From the NCBI RefSeq assembly GCF_004010195.1, contig NC_057719.1:94727287-94747286 (forward strand): a stretch of 20,000 nt of DNA, written 5' to 3'. How positions within the stretch are numbered: the first letter of the stretch is position 1; every line of letters begins with the position of its first letter. Both the position numbers and the translations under genes were made by a program. Below, piece by piece: positions 19,337 to 20,000 of this stretch. The notes below the pieces were generated by a model. That model was not told the DNA's origin. It was given only the letters and a program-made list of their open reading frames with translations, and made no database searches. Source of the DNA: Chiloscyllium plagiosum (Eukaryota).

Positions 19337-20000
19337 GATGCAGCGATCATAATATGGCAGAGTTCAGTCTGCAGTTTGAAAGAGAGAAGGCAAACTCGGA
19401 TATAATGGTGTTACAGTTAAATAAAGGTAATTATGAGGGCATGAGAGAGGAACTGACGAAAATAGACTGGAAGCAGAGCCTAGCGGGGAAGACAGTAGAG
19501 CAAAAATGGCAGGAGTTTGTAGGTATAATTGAGGACATTGTACAGAGGTTCATCCCCAAGAAAAGAAAGATTATCTGGGGAGGGATTAGACAGCCATGGC
19601 TAACAAAGGAAGTCAGGAAATGTATTAAAGAAAAAGAGAGATCCTATAAAGTGGCCAAGAGCACGGGGAAATCAGAAGATTGGGAAGGCTACAAAAACAA
19701 ACAGAGGATAACAAAGAGAGAAATAAGGAAGGAGAGGAACAAATATGAAGGTAGGCTAGCCAGTAATATTAGAAATAATAGTAAAAGTTTCTTTCAATAC
19801 ATAAGAAACAAACGACAGGCAAGCGTAGACATTGGGCCATTTCAAACTGATGCTGGAAGCCTAGTGATGGGAGATAAGGAAATAGCAGGAGAACTTAACA
19901 CGTACTTTGCGTCAGTCTTCACAGTGGAAGACATGAGTAATATCCCAACAATTAAAGGGAGTCAGGGGGCTGAGTTGAGTATGGTTACCATTACAAAAGA
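19337..20000 (+). mobile_element. Young 5'-truncated CR1 LINE ORF2, open to the window end
   Basis: Uninterrupted frame from 19342: SDHNMAEFSL..NKGNYEGMREEL..QPWLTKEVRKCIKEK..NSKSFFQYIRNK..ELNTYFASVFTVED. It is absent from the ORF track, probably because it runs off the end. Confidence 0.93.

Overview
This is eukaryotic, repeat-dense DNA, most likely from a shark. The HE1-type V-SINEs and CR1 families point to an elasmobranch; that assignment is recognition from memory, not a database result. No intact host gene is present. The window holds several CR1 LINE copies of different ages, two of them apparently internally deleted. It also has two full HE1-type SINEs and one SINE head, and seven Penelope-like (PLE) fragments of about four sequence types whose termini carry minimal hammerhead-ribozyme cores. 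Further features are a degenerate Gmr1-like Ty3/gypsy element (LTR, tRNA-Pro-like PBS, gag with SCAN-like region, protease, start of integrase), a probable solo LTR and an RBPMS2-like processed pseudogene with an in-frame internal deletion. Most other ORF-track entries are antisense or shadow frames of these repeats. A 653-N gap lies at 12775-13427. I found no convincing wholly new system. The best leads are the RBPMS2 retrocopy junction, a fold-back twin-hammerhead mini-element, a SINE head inside a perfect 66-bp duplication, and weak signs of a decayed minus-strand host gene.
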